Source of the DNA: Minisyncoccota bacterium
GTDB lineage: Bacteria > Patescibacteriota > Minisyncoccia > Phycocordibacterales > UBA9973
DNA: 59,442 nt
NCBI GenBank assembly: GCA_041658325.1
Contig: JBBAAI010000001.1
Coordinates: 93,427 to 152,868, forward strand
Direction: 5' to 3'
Part shown: positions 9,962 to 18,500 of the stretch, piece after piece
Numbering within the stretch: position 1 is the first letter of the stretch
Layout of the letters: each line of letters begins with the position of its first letter
Program-made: the position numbers and the translations under genes
The notes under the pieces: generated by a model
Databases searched by the model: none
What the model saw: the letters and a program-made list of their open reading frames with translations, nothing else
What the model was told of the DNA's origin: nothing

Positions 9962-9991
9962 ACCCGGTAGTGAGATTCTCTACTGCCGGGT
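9962..9991 (+). repeat. Copy 1 of a recurring ~30-nt imperfect palindrome (CCCGGTAGTGAGA...TCTCTACTGCCGGG)
   Basis: Starts 1 nt after the clpP stop. 11-bp stem including 2 G-U pairs. Shares arm sequences with the copies at 11701 and 50862. Confidence 0.55.
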
Positions 9992-10180
9992 AGACATCTT
10001 ACTCTTTGTTTGTTATACTTAAAAAGTTGAATTTTAAAAATTTTTTCGCTTAATTTAAGTCGGTTCGCAAGAATATTCCATATATTATGAAGTGTTTAAA
10101 GGAAAATTTTCAAATCTTTTGCATTAAAAAGGAGAGATCGCAAATATAGTGGCGTGTTTTTGTAAGCTGACACAAAGCTT

Positions 10181-11707
10181 ATGAATATAACAATAATTTT
10201 AATTGGAGTCGCGGTGCTCCTTTTTGGCGTTGGAGTAGGATATTATCTTCGATTAATAATCGCCCTAGGGAAAAGAAGATCTATTGAAATAGATATCAAA
10301 CAGATGATGGTCGGCGCGAAAGAGGAAGCGCAAAAAATAACCGACGAAGCTAAAAAGAAATCTGAGGAACAACTTTTCAGCTTAAAAGAAGAAGAAAAGA
10401 AGAAAGAACAAGAATGGAGAGAAAAAGATATGAGACTTATCAAAAAAGATGAGTTTTTAGATACACGACAAATTGAAATAAACAAAGAAACAGAAAATAT
10501 TAAGCTAAAGGTGGAAGAAATAAAAAAGATCCAAGAAAAAGTCTTAAAAATAGAGGGAGAAAAGATAGTGGAGTTAGAAAAAATAGCTAAACTAACAGAG
10601 GAGGAAGCAAAAGATGAACTTCTTAAAGACGTTGAAAAAAAATATGAAGAAGATATTTTAATCAAAATACAAAAACTAGAAAATAACAATGAGGAAAAAT
10701 TAGACAGGCGAGCAAAAGAAATTCTAGCTACCTCTATCCAACGTTTAGCTTCAAGCACCGCTTCTGAATTAATGACAACGATAGTGTCTATCCCAAACAA
10801 CGAAATAAAGGGTAAAATAATAGGAAAAGAAGGCAGAAATATTAGAGCTTTTGAACGCGCGGCTGGGGTAGAGCTCATTGTGGACGATACTCCTGGCTCT
10901 ATCGTCATCTCTTCTTTTGATCCTATCAGGAGACAAGTGGCTCGTTTAGCGTTAGAGAATTTAATTCTGGATGGACGTATTCAGCCAGCCAAGATTGAAG
11001 AATTAGTAGAAAAAGCGAAAGAAGAAATCAACAAAATAATCAAAGAAAAAGGCGAACAAGCCGTCTATGAATGCGGAATATTTAATTTTGACCCACGCAT
11101 TATTGCTATAATCGGACGATTATATTTCCGCACAAGTTACGGACAAAATGTTCTACAGCACTCTATTGAAATGGCGCATATCGCTGGGATGATCGCTGAA
11201 GAGCTGGGAGCAGATGTAGCTATCGCTAAAGCAGGAGCTTTGGTACATGACATAGGTAAAGCCTTAGACCACGAAGTGCAAGGAACCCATATTGAAATAG
11301 GAATGCGTATCTTACAAAAATTCGGAGCAGATGAACGCATCATCACGGCGATGAAAAGTCACCACGAGGATCATCCTTATGAAACAATCGAATCTGTTAT
11401 TGTCCAAACAGCTGATGCTATCTCTGGCGGACGCCCTGGTGCGCGTCGAGATTCAGTGGAAAATTATTTGAAACGTTTGCAAGAACTTGAAGCCTTGGTA
11501 AACGCCTTTCCTGCTGTAGAAAAATCATATGCCTTACAAGCTGGACGTGAAATTCGTATTTTTGTTACCCCAGAGAAAATTTCTGACGCCGAAGCTAAGC
11601 TTATGGCTCGTGATATCGCTATAAAAATAGAACAAGAACTCAAATATCCAGGCGAAATAAAAGTTACCATGATCCGCGAAACAAGGATTATTGAATACGC
11701 CCGATAG
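10181..11707 (+). CDS. rny: Ribonuclease Y
   Basis: N-terminal TM, long Lys/Glu coiled coil, KH domain (GKIIGKEGRNIRAFE) and HD domain (HSIEMAHIAGMIA...VHDIGKA). Confidence 0.95.
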   Translation: MNITIILIGVAVLLFGVGVGYYLRLIIALGKRRSIEIDIKQMMVGAKEEAQKITDEAKKKSEEQLFSLKEEEKKKEQEWREKDMRLIKKDEFLDTRQIEINKETENIKLKVEEIKKIQEKVLKIEGEKIVELEKIAKLTEEEAKDELLKDVEKKYEEDILIKIQKLENNNEEKLDRRAKEILATSIQRLASSTASELMTTIVSIPNNEIKGKIIGKEGRNIRAFERAAGVELIVDDTPGSIVISSFDPIRRQVARLALENLILDGRIQPAKIEELVEKAKEEINKIIKEKGEQAVYECGIFNFDPRIIAIIGRLYFRTSYGQNVLQHSIEMAHIAGMIAEELGADVAIAKAGALVHDIGKALDHEVQGTHIEIGMRILQKFGADERIITAMKSHHEDHPYETIESVIVQTADAISGGRPGARRDSVENYLKRLQELEALVNAFPAVEKSYALQAGREIRIFVTPEKISDAEAKLMARDIAIKIEQELKYPGEIKVTMIRETRIIEYAR

Positions 11708-11737
11708 TAGAGCTTTGATTCAGAGTCTCACTACTGG
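11701..11737 (+). repeat. Copy 2 of the recurring hairpin (CCGATAGTAGAG...CTCACTACTGG)
   Basis: Overlaps the rny stop codon. It has the same TAGTAGAG / CTCACTAC arms and bulged A as copy 3. Confidence 0.5.
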
Positions 11738-11774
11738 ATACGCTAGATAAAATTGCTCACAAGGAAATACGTTA

Positions 11775-11780
11775 TATAAT
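11775..11780 (+). promoter_or_regulatory. TATAAT 6 nt upstream of ATG 11787 (possible leaderless promoter of the DUF2238 gene)
   Basis: tataat-atatcc-ATG. Confidence 0.4.
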
Positions 11781-11786
11781 ATATCC

Positions 11787-12470
11787 ATGACAAAATATCA
11801 TTGGTTCCTGGTGGTGTCATTTCTGGTGGTTTGGGTTTGAGCAGCGATAAATCCGCTTTTTAGAGACGGTTGGCTGTTGGAAAATTATCTGATTTTCCTT
11901 TTTGTGCCAATTATTCTTATCTTAGGTTATTATTTTAAATTGTCGAAAGTTTCTTACACTTTGCTAACAATCTTTTTGATTCTGCACGTCATCGGCTCAC
12001 ATTACACATATGCCGAAGTGCCCTTCGGTTTCACTTTACAAGACTGGTTCGGTGAGACTCGCAATATGTATGACCGATTGGTACATTTTCTGTGCGGATT
12101 TTTGCTTTTCTACCCGATTCGAGAAATGTTCATGCGCCTAGCGAAGGTAAAAGGTTTTTGGTCATACATCTTGCCGATAGATCTCTGGGGTTCTTTCGCA
12201 GCTATTTATGAAATTATAGAATGGCAAGCTGCGAAAAACGTGGACCCGGCCGCTGGGCTCGCCTTCCTTGGTAGTCAAGGCGACATTTGGGATGCACAGA
12301 AGGATATGTTTCTAGCCATTATCGGCGCCTGTATCGCCGCCCTCATCATTGCGTTAATAAACATGAAATATAAAAAAGATTTCTGGTCTGAAATGAAAGA
12401 AAGTTTCAAATTATCTGAAAATGATCATCCTTTGGGTGAAGTAGAACTCGAGAGGATGATAAAACAATAA
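11787..12470 (+). pseudogene. DUF2238 / YjdF-like inner-membrane protein interrupted by an in-frame TGA at 11838-11840 (pseudogene, read-through or sequencing error)
   Basis: ATG 11787 is in frame with the tracked ORF (TTG 11877). The translation is MTKYHWFLVVSFLVVWV*AAINPLFRDGWLLENYL...HVIGSHYTYAEVPFG...RNMYDRLVHF. Family-like sequence (INP..RDGWLLEN) lies upstream of any plausible internal start. Confidence 0.55.
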
Positions 12471-12604
12471 AAATTGTCTAGTTTGTCTTGGACTTGCCTT
12501 AAAAAACCCTTGATATATAATGAATGGGTAGTAATTATATAGGTTAAATGGCCCTCCATAGGCGGGCAAGGTCGAACTGATTATAAAAATAACTTTTAAA
12601 ATAT

Positions 12605-12877
12605 ATGAATAAACAAGCATTAGTTGAATTTGTACACGGAAAACTCGGTGGTACAAAGGTTCAAGCAGAAGAAATTGTTGACGGAATGTTTGATGCTATC
12701 ATCCAAACCTTGAAAAAGGGAGGTGAAGTTTCAATCGCCGGCTTCGGAATCTTTTCCGTAAAAGCTCGCGCTGCTCGCATGGCTCGCAATCCAAAGACTG
12801 GAGAACAAGTCAAAGTAGCTGCAAAGAAAGTTCCAAAATTCCGACCTGCAAAAGGTTTGAAAGATATGGTTGCCTAA
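12605..12877 (+). CDS. hup: Nucleoid-associated DNA-binding protein HU
   Basis: MNKQALVEFV...GGEVSIAGFGIFSVKARAARMARNPKTGEQVKVAAKKVPKFRPAKGLKD. Confidence 0.95.
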   Translation: MNKQALVEFVHGKLGGTKVQAEEIVDGMFDAIIQTLKKGGEVSIAGFGIFSVKARAARMARNPKTGEQVKVAAKKVPKFRPAKGLKDMVA

Positions 12878-12878
12878 A

Positions 12879-12931
12879 TTTTATCTCGAGATAAAAAACA
12901 AAAACACCCAATAAGGGTGTTTTTGTTTTTT
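12879..12931. terminator. Two consecutive hairpins (TTTTATCTCGAGATAAAA, then aaacaaaaacaccc-aataa-gggtgtttttgttt) between convergent genes
   Basis: A perfect 18-nt palindrome followed by a 14-bp stem with a flanking T-run. Confidence 0.7.
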
Positions 12932-12955
12932 ATTGATTACGCTATATTTTTTCTT

Positions 12956-13357
12956 TTATACATGCGCATTAAACATCGCCTGTATGAGTGCATACTCTAA
13001 GGAATTTTCCTCTCCTTGGGGAATAATTTCATATCCTTTTGCCATGAGAGCATTTTTTGCTTCAAGATTTTCTTTTTTATCTCCTGAAGATTGAACTAAG
13101 CTTTTGGCTTTTGCAATAATTCCTACTAATAATTCCAATTTGGCAATCCTCTTGTCCAACTCGGCGATTATTTCATCCTGTGTCTTTGGAACCCCTCCTT
13201 CCTTTACTTTTTCAATTTCTGGCTGTCTGAAAATATACCCTTCTCCTTCGATCTTAACGATAATCGCTCCTATGTGCCATTCCCTTTCTTGAATTTCTGC
13301 TTCCTTTTTCTTTTGTTCTGGGGTTTCTATTTCTACTGGCCCTTCTTTTTTTTCCAT
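12956..13357 (-). CDS. Hypothetical protein
   Basis: Long ORF with native composition. No recognisable motif. Confidence 0.4.
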   Translation of the reverse strand: MEKKEGPVEIETPEQKKKEAEIQEREWHIGAIIVKIEGEGYIFRQPEIEKVKEGGVPKTQDEIIAELDKRIAKLELLVGIIAKAKSLVQSSGDKKENLEAKNALMAKGYEIIPQGEENSLEYALIQAMFNAHV

Positions 13358-13404
13358 AGTTTTGTTTGATCTAATTATTATATAAACTCGACTTTCAATA
13401 CTTT

Positions 13405-13929
13405 TTATTTTAAACCCATGCTTCGCAAATCTTCCTCGGAAATTTCATTAACAGAATGTTCTTCTTCTGGGTCACTTGATGCCCCAAATGGATTTTTGAT
13501 CTTTTCTTCTAATTCTGTAAATCTGCTTTTGCCGTCTATCTTTTCTATCTCCTTGGTAAGAGTACTTATTTTTGTTTTAAGCGCTTGTTTTTCTCCAGAA
13601 GACATACTATCAAAAACATTCTTAAGAGTAGGTATTGATATTTTTTCCAATAAAGAAAGGAGTACAAATGGACTTAAATTTTCAATTAAAATATGAAAGT
13701 TCACTTTTCCCAACCACAGGAGAAGGTTCTCTCTTTTTTCTTTTGCTGAATCTGAAAGAAGCCAGTTCTGAAATTCTTCTTTTTTTTCAGGCTTAGTTTG
13801 TGCGACTGCGTATGAATGTGGATCTACTCCAAACTGACCTCCAAAATCCATTGGTTTTTGTTTTTTGGCTCGTTCTGATATTTCTCTTATTTTTTCCCAG
13901 TCTATCGATTTTGGTATTTTATCTTCCAT
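13405..13929 (-). CDS. Hypothetical protein
   Basis: Long ORF with native composition. A TATAAT lies 6 nt upstream of the ATG. Confidence 0.45.
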   Translation of the reverse strand: MEDKIPKSIDWEKIREISERAKKQKPMDFGGQFGVDPHSYAVAQTKPEKKEEFQNWLLSDSAKEKRENLLLWLGKVNFHILIENLSPFVLLSLLEKISIPTLKNVFDSMSSGEKQALKTKISTLTKEIEKIDGKSRFTELEEKIKNPFGASSDPEEEHSVNEISEEDLRSMGLK

Positions 13930-13935
13930 ATATGT

Positions 13936-13941
13936 ATTATA
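13936..13941 (-). promoter_or_regulatory. TATAAT 6 nt upstream of ATG 13929 (possible leaderless promoter)
   Basis: Minus strand reads tataat-acatat-ATG. Confidence 0.35.
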
Positions 13942-14015
13942 TTACAAAATTAAACTTTTTAACACCTTTAAATTACCTCCACATTATACTAATATGAAGC
14001 TTCTTTGTCAAGAAA

Positions 14016-15560
14016 TTATGAATTCACTTTCGGTCGATATTGTATCGCCTCTAGAATATGATTCTCTTCTACGTTCGGGGAATTTTCTAAGTCTGCTATG
14101 GTACGCGCAATTTTAATCACTCGATGATAAGCTCGAGCGGAAAGACCAAGGCGCTCTGCGCTGTCATCCAACATATCTCGCACCTTGCCACCCAGACTCA
14201 CCATCGTACCTAAATCTTTCACATTCATTTCACTATTTGTACTAATTCCCCTATTAAATTTTTTGAACCTATTTTTTTGAATTTCCCGCGCTTTGGTCAC
14301 TCTTTCTTTTATTTTTTCACTTTTCTCACCGTTTCCTTCTCCGCCGAGTTTTTTGTAATCCACGTTGCCGACAGAAACCCAAAGATCAATACGATCAATT
14401 ATCGGCCCCGATAGTTTTCTTTTATATCTATCTAAGTCAGACGGTTTGCAAATACACGCTTTTTGTTTATTCCCGGTGTTACCGCACGGACATGGGTTCA
14501 TCGCTGCCACCAAAATAAAATTAGAAGGAAAACAAGCCGAACCTTTCGCACGAGAGATAGAAACAATATTATCTTCCAGCGGTTGACGGAGAGATTCGAT
14601 AACTCTTTTTTCAAATTCTGGAAATTCATCTAAAAATAAAACTCCTCGATGCGCAAGGGTGACTTCTCCCGGCTTCGGGTAAGTTCCTCCGCCAATAATA
14701 GAAACATAAGACGAGGTGTGGTGCGGAGCGCGAAAAGGTGAAAAACAGACAAGTTCTCCATGTGTACTTCCAGCCACCGAATGAATCCCTGTGATCTCTA
14801 ATACTTCCTCAATATCTAAATCCGGAAGTAGTTGGGAGAAAGCTCGCGCCAACATCGTCTTGCCTGTGCCTGGCGGACCGTACATAGCGATATTGTGCCC
14901 GCCAGCTGCTGCGATCTCAAGTCCTCGTTTAGCGCCCTCTTGTCCACGAATATCTGAAAAATCCGCACCTTTTGATTCTTTTTTATAATTTACCTTAGTT
15001 TGCGGTTGAGCTAAGATTAGTTTTCCTGTTTTATTGGACTCGTTGAAACTAAGATGTTCTACCACTTCCTTTAAATTATTCACTCCAAAAATACTAATCC
15101 CTTCTACAAGCGCCGCTTCAACTGCATTTTCTTTCGGTAAATATATTTCTTCAAAACCCATTCTTTTTGCTTCTTGGGCAAGTGGTAAGGCGCCTCGAAT
15201 TTTACGAAGAGTCCCATCAAGCCCGAGCTCACCGAGAAAAATTTTCTTCTCTGAATTAAATTTGATATCTCCAGCCGCGAGCATATAAGAAAGAGCTATT
15301 GCTAAATCAAAAAACGGCCCTTCTTTTTTTAAGTCAGCCGGAGAAAGTGAAACAATTATTTTTTGATTTTTTGCTTTAGGAGATTGAAAACCAGAATTTT
15401 TTATTGCTCCACTTACTCTATCTTTGGATTCATCCACTGCCTTATCTGGAAGACCAACAACATTAAAAGAATGCAGACCCCGTGACAAATCGACTTCTAT
15501 CGTTACGATAGTGCCCTTCAGCAAATTAACTTGTGCGGAATAAACTTTAGCAAAACTCAT
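14016..15560 (-). CDS. comM: YifB/ComM-family Mg-chelatase-like AAA+ ATPase
   Basis: N-terminal Lon-like domain. Walker A MYGPPGTGKTMLA, Walker B VLFLDEFPEF. A C-terminal Cys cluster (CPCGNTGNKQKACIC) is typical of the family. Confidence 0.9.
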   Translation of the reverse strand: MSFAKVYSAQVNLLKGTIVTIEVDLSRGLHSFNVVGLPDKAVDESKDRVSGAIKNSGFQSPKAKNQKIIVSLSPADLKKEGPFFDLAIALSYMLAAGDIKFNSEKKIFLGELGLDGTLRKIRGALPLAQEAKRMGFEEIYLPKENAVEAALVEGISIFGVNNLKEVVEHLSFNESNKTGKLILAQPQTKVNYKKESKGADFSDIRGQEGAKRGLEIAAAGGHNIAMYGPPGTGKTMLARAFSQLLPDLDIEEVLEITGIHSVAGSTHGELVCFSPFRAPHHTSSYVSIIGGGTYPKPGEVTLAHRGVLFLDEFPEFEKRVIESLRQPLEDNIVSISRAKGSACFPSNFILVAAMNPCPCGNTGNKQKACICKPSDLDRYKRKLSGPIIDRIDLWVSVGNVDYKKLGGEGNGEKSEKIKERVTKAREIQKNRFKKFNRGISTNSEMNVKDLGTMVSLGGKVRDMLDDSAERLGLSARAYHRVIKIARTIADLENSPNVEENHILEAIQYRPKVNS

Positions 15561-15686
15561 AAATAATTATAAATTATTAAAAATTTTTTAGTTTGTTTTT
15601 TAGGGGGTTTCGAGGCTGTCGAGCCGAGAACTTCAGGATTTTTTAAGCTTCAAAAAATCTGTACCCTAGAAAAATATACTAAAAAA

Positions 15687-16043
15687 TTAGCCCTCAATGT
15701 GCTTCTTGCAAGTTCGAGCTGCGGGATTTGCTTCCAGGCGTGTCATCTCAATATCTTTTTTGCAAACTTCACATCTTCCGAAAGATTCTCTGTTTAGTCC
15801 CTTTAAGGCTTTCAAAATATTATCCAATCTTGGCTTTAAGGTTTTCATCATGGAGCTTCTCGCCTCAAAATCCTCAAAGCGGTCCGCTTTATCGTTGTCA
15901 TCTGATTCTGGAAATTCTAATTCTTCTGGGATTGTTTCCCATTCCTCTGTTTCTTTATCTAACTTACCCATATCTTTCATCTGCTCAAGCAATTCGTCTC
16001 TTTCTTTCTCTAATTTCTCTTTAATTTTTTTCTTGTCTAACAT
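15687..16043 (-). CDS. DksA/TraR-type C4 zinc-finger protein
   Basis: C-terminal FGRCEVCKKDIEMTRLEANPAARTCKKH. The start was moved to ATG 16043 (MLDKKK) because the longer tracked ORF overlaps metK. A TATTAT lies 6 nt upstream. Confidence 0.7.
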   Translation of the reverse strand: MLDKKKIKEKLEKERDELLEQMKDMGKLDKETEEWETIPEELEFPESDDNDKADRFEDFEARSSMMKTLKPRLDNILKALKGLNRESFGRCEVCKKDIEMTRLEANPAARTCKKHIEG

Positions 16044-16094
16044 AGGCAAATAATAGCATTTTAATATATCACCGCAAGTGCTATACTCATAATC

Positions 16095-17270
16095 ATGTTT
16101 TATAAGCATAATGATAACTACACTGTAGAGAGCGTTACTTCCGGCCATCCGGACAAAATTTGCGACCAAATATCAGATGCTATTTTAGATGCATATTTAG
16201 CAGAAGATCCGAAAAGCCGAGTCGCTGTGGAAACTTTCGGAGGTCATGGCAAACTCACGATAGGAGGCGAGGTTACTTCCAAAGGCAAAGTAGATTATGT
16301 AAAAATTGCTCAAGATATTTATAAAAAAATTGGTTATGAAAATGAGCTAGAAATTTCCGCCCACCTCGTCACCCAGTCTCCAGAAATAGCTCACGGCGTG
16401 GATATTGGTGGAGCGGGAGATCAAGGTATCATGTATGGTTTTGCGACCGACGAGACACCAGAATTTTTGCCAAAAGGTGTCGTCCTCGCGCACAAACTTG
16501 CGAAACGTTTAGAAGAAGCGCGAAAGGATAGCGAAGCGAATTTGCTTCGACAGGGTCTCTCGCAGACCGACGGGCCGAGAGTGAGCGCTGCGCCAACAGG
16601 CGCAGACAGCGACCCTGTTGAAGCAGAATTCGTGCAGCCACCCAGAATCTCATGGTTACGACCTGATGGTAAAACCCAAGTCACTCATGTTGATGGAAAA
16701 CTGAATACCGTTCTCGTAAGCGCACAACACGCTCCCGATATTTCACTGGAAGAAATTAGAAAAGAAATCACCGAGAAAATAATTTATCCTTTACTCACTT
16801 CCGAGGAACAAAAAAACGTGAAAATTTTAGTAAACCCGACAGGAAAATTTATTCAAGGAGGATTTGAGGCGGATACCGGATTAACAGGACGAAAAATAAT
16901 GGTGGACACTTATGGTGGCATCATTCCGCATGGTGGAGGATGTTTCTCAGGAAAAGATGCGACGAAGGTAGACCGTTCCGGCGCTTATATGGCGCGCTTC
17001 GTCGCGAAGAATTTAGTCGCGAATGGTTATGGTAAAGATGTTTTAGTGTCTATCGCTTATGCCATCGGTATGGCAGAACCACTTATGATAGAAGCCATAA
17101 ATGAAAAAGGAGAAGACCTCTCGGAAGTCGTTCGTAATAATTTTGATTTTAAGCCACTTGCTATCATCGAACGCCTAAATCTTCGTGCCCCGATTTTCCT
17201 CCAAACCGCCACCTACGGTCACTTCAGTAAACCGAATTTGCCATGGGAGAAGATAGAGAAGATAAAATAA
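16095..17270 (+). CDS. metK: S-adenosylmethionine synthetase carrying an in-frame insertion of ~40 aa
   Basis: ESVTSGHPDKICDQISDAILD, GAGDQGIMYGFA, GGGCFSGKD and TKVDRSGAYMAR motifs. The extra segment SEANLL...PPRIS lies between RK and WLRPDGK. Confidence 0.9.
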   Translation: MFYKHNDNYTVESVTSGHPDKICDQISDAILDAYLAEDPKSRVAVETFGGHGKLTIGGEVTSKGKVDYVKIAQDIYKKIGYENELEISAHLVTQSPEIAHGVDIGGAGDQGIMYGFATDETPEFLPKGVVLAHKLAKRLEEARKDSEANLLRQGLSQTDGPRVSAAPTGADSDPVEAEFVQPPRISWLRPDGKTQVTHVDGKLNTVLVSAQHAPDISLEEIRKEITEKIIYPLLTSEEQKNVKILVNPTGKFIQGGFEADTGLTGRKIMVDTYGGIIPHGGGCFSGKDATKVDRSGAYMARFVAKNLVANGYGKDVLVSIAYAIGMAEPLMIEAINEKGEDLSEVVRNNFDFKPLAIIERLNLRAPIFLQTATYGHFSKPNLPWEKIEKIK

Positions 17271-17324
17271 AAAATAAATGGTGACTGACCTCGACCTCCA
17301 AATTAAAAGCGCATAACCCTTTTT

Positions 17325-17582
17325 TTACCTACCAACTTGAGAACCTCCAAAAAGAGTAAATACTCCTAAAATAAATCCAACGTGATACCAATAAGTACTA
17401 TTAAATTGCTCGTATATCGTCATGTCTGTCCATATTAACTTTAAAAAAAGTCTAAACGGAAAAGTTATACCCTGCCAAAGACCAGACCAAAAACCAGCAT
17501 CCCCATAACCTGCATGAGCTAATTGTGGGATTAATATACCTGCGATCAAAATAAATGAAACAATATACATCTTGTTTTTCAT
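17325..17582 (-). CDS. Small membrane protein, hypothetical
   Basis: Signal/TM at the N-terminus and a C-terminal hydrophobic helix. Trp/Gly-rich. Confidence 0.4.
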   Translation of the reverse strand: MKNKMYIVSFILIAGILIPQLAHAGYGDAGFWSGLWQGITFPFRLFLKLIWTDMTIYEQFNSTYWYHVGFILGVFTLFGGSQVGR

Positions 17583-17585
17583 AAA

Positions 17586-18323
17586 TTATTTTTTATTTCC
17601 GTAAATTATATATAAAATAATTTTATTATAGATAAATAGAACTATAAAGATATATAACAACAGCCCAATAATGCTTAAAATAATATCTAAGATGAAACCA
17701 ATGAAATTGTTTTCATATCTGTAAACATTATATTTATAAATATCTACTGGTCTTAAAAAAGTATATTTAGAAGTAATTCCATTCTCGTTTTCAACACTAT
17801 AACTATCAACCATCACGCACTTTATATCATTGTTATACAGATAAGAATTAAAAGCATCTATGTTAGTAGATAATGTATTAAGAGTTGGGTTGGTTGTAGA
17901 AAATAACTTTATATTATTTTTATTAACTATATCTATTATTTGTTTGTCTAGTTTATTAGAACAAAAACTTTCAGTATCTTCTAGAAATATAGGTGAAAAT
18001 GGTAATAGATAATCTTTATCTTTTAAGTTTGGAAAATAATCTTTGGTATATATATCACTATCACCAATTATTTCTTCGTCATTATACAACTGTCTCATTG
18101 AAAGTATTTTGCCAGAATTATCATTCTTACTTAATCTTCCTGATAAAACATCAACAAAATTCCATTGATTAACAATTCTCGGATAAGAATTAGCAAAAAG
18201 TGTAATTACATATATGGTCAGAGAAATTACAGATATAATAAACAAAACTTTCAAAAACCTATGCCACCATTTATTTTTTAAATCTAAATCTCCCCCAAAC
18301 AACCAATTAATGATTTTTTTCAT
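17586..18323 (-). CDS. Membrane protein with N- and C-terminal TM helices, hypothetical
   Basis: TM helices FLKVLFIISVISLTIYVITLF and FILDIILSIIGLLLYIFIVLFIY. Confidence 0.45.
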   Translation of the reverse strand: MKKIINWLFGGDLDLKNKWWHRFLKVLFIISVISLTIYVITLFANSYPRIVNQWNFVDVLSGRLSKNDNSGKILSMRQLYNDEEIIGDSDIYTKDYFPNLKDKDYLLPFSPIFLEDTESFCSNKLDKQIIDIVNKNNIKLFSTTNPTLNTLSTNIDAFNSYLYNNDIKCVMVDSYSVENENGITSKYTFLRPVDIYKYNVYRYENNFIGFILDIILSIIGLLLYIFIVLFIYNKIILYIIYGNKK

Positions 18324-18500
18324 AAGATTTTGAAATTAGTTAATAGCATTTTAATCATACAACTAATACTAGAAAAAAGTAACGGGTATAAAAAATGGTA
18401 TTACCACATAATTATTTTTACAGATTGGTTTTTGTGGTTTTAAGCAGGCTCTTTCTATAATGGTTGTTTTGTGGTATAGTATCTCCGTTATAAGGTTTAT

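Noticed and set aside
10243-10908. Long antisense ORFs inside well-supported genes. Examples: 10243..10908 in rny, 6646..7056, 31007..31558 in pnp, 36464..37018 in cca, 49245..49766 and 50076..50621 in the VirB6-like gene, and 23483..23947 in the kinase.
   Set aside because: They are low-complexity Ser/Phe/Ile-rich translations of the reverse strand of Lys/Glu-rich genes. They are shadow ORFs with no independent signals.
11838-11840. Genome-wide UGA reassignment (code 4 or 25) as the explanation for the in-frame TGA.
   Set aside because: Several genes in the window terminate cleanly at TGA, including ATGA stop/start overlaps at 28337-28340 and 26558-26561. The standard code fits all other genes.
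12530-12600. A tRNA-like fragment (caaggtcgaactgatt) in the hup leader.
   Set aside because: It bears only a weak resemblance to a T arm. No acceptor or anticodon stems can be formed.
16421-16684. Two overlapping minus-strand ORFs (16421..16684 and 16429..16653) inside metK.
   Set aside because: They exist only because the GC-rich in-frame insert lacks stop codons on the opposite strand. The metK frame is continuous and conserved on both sides.
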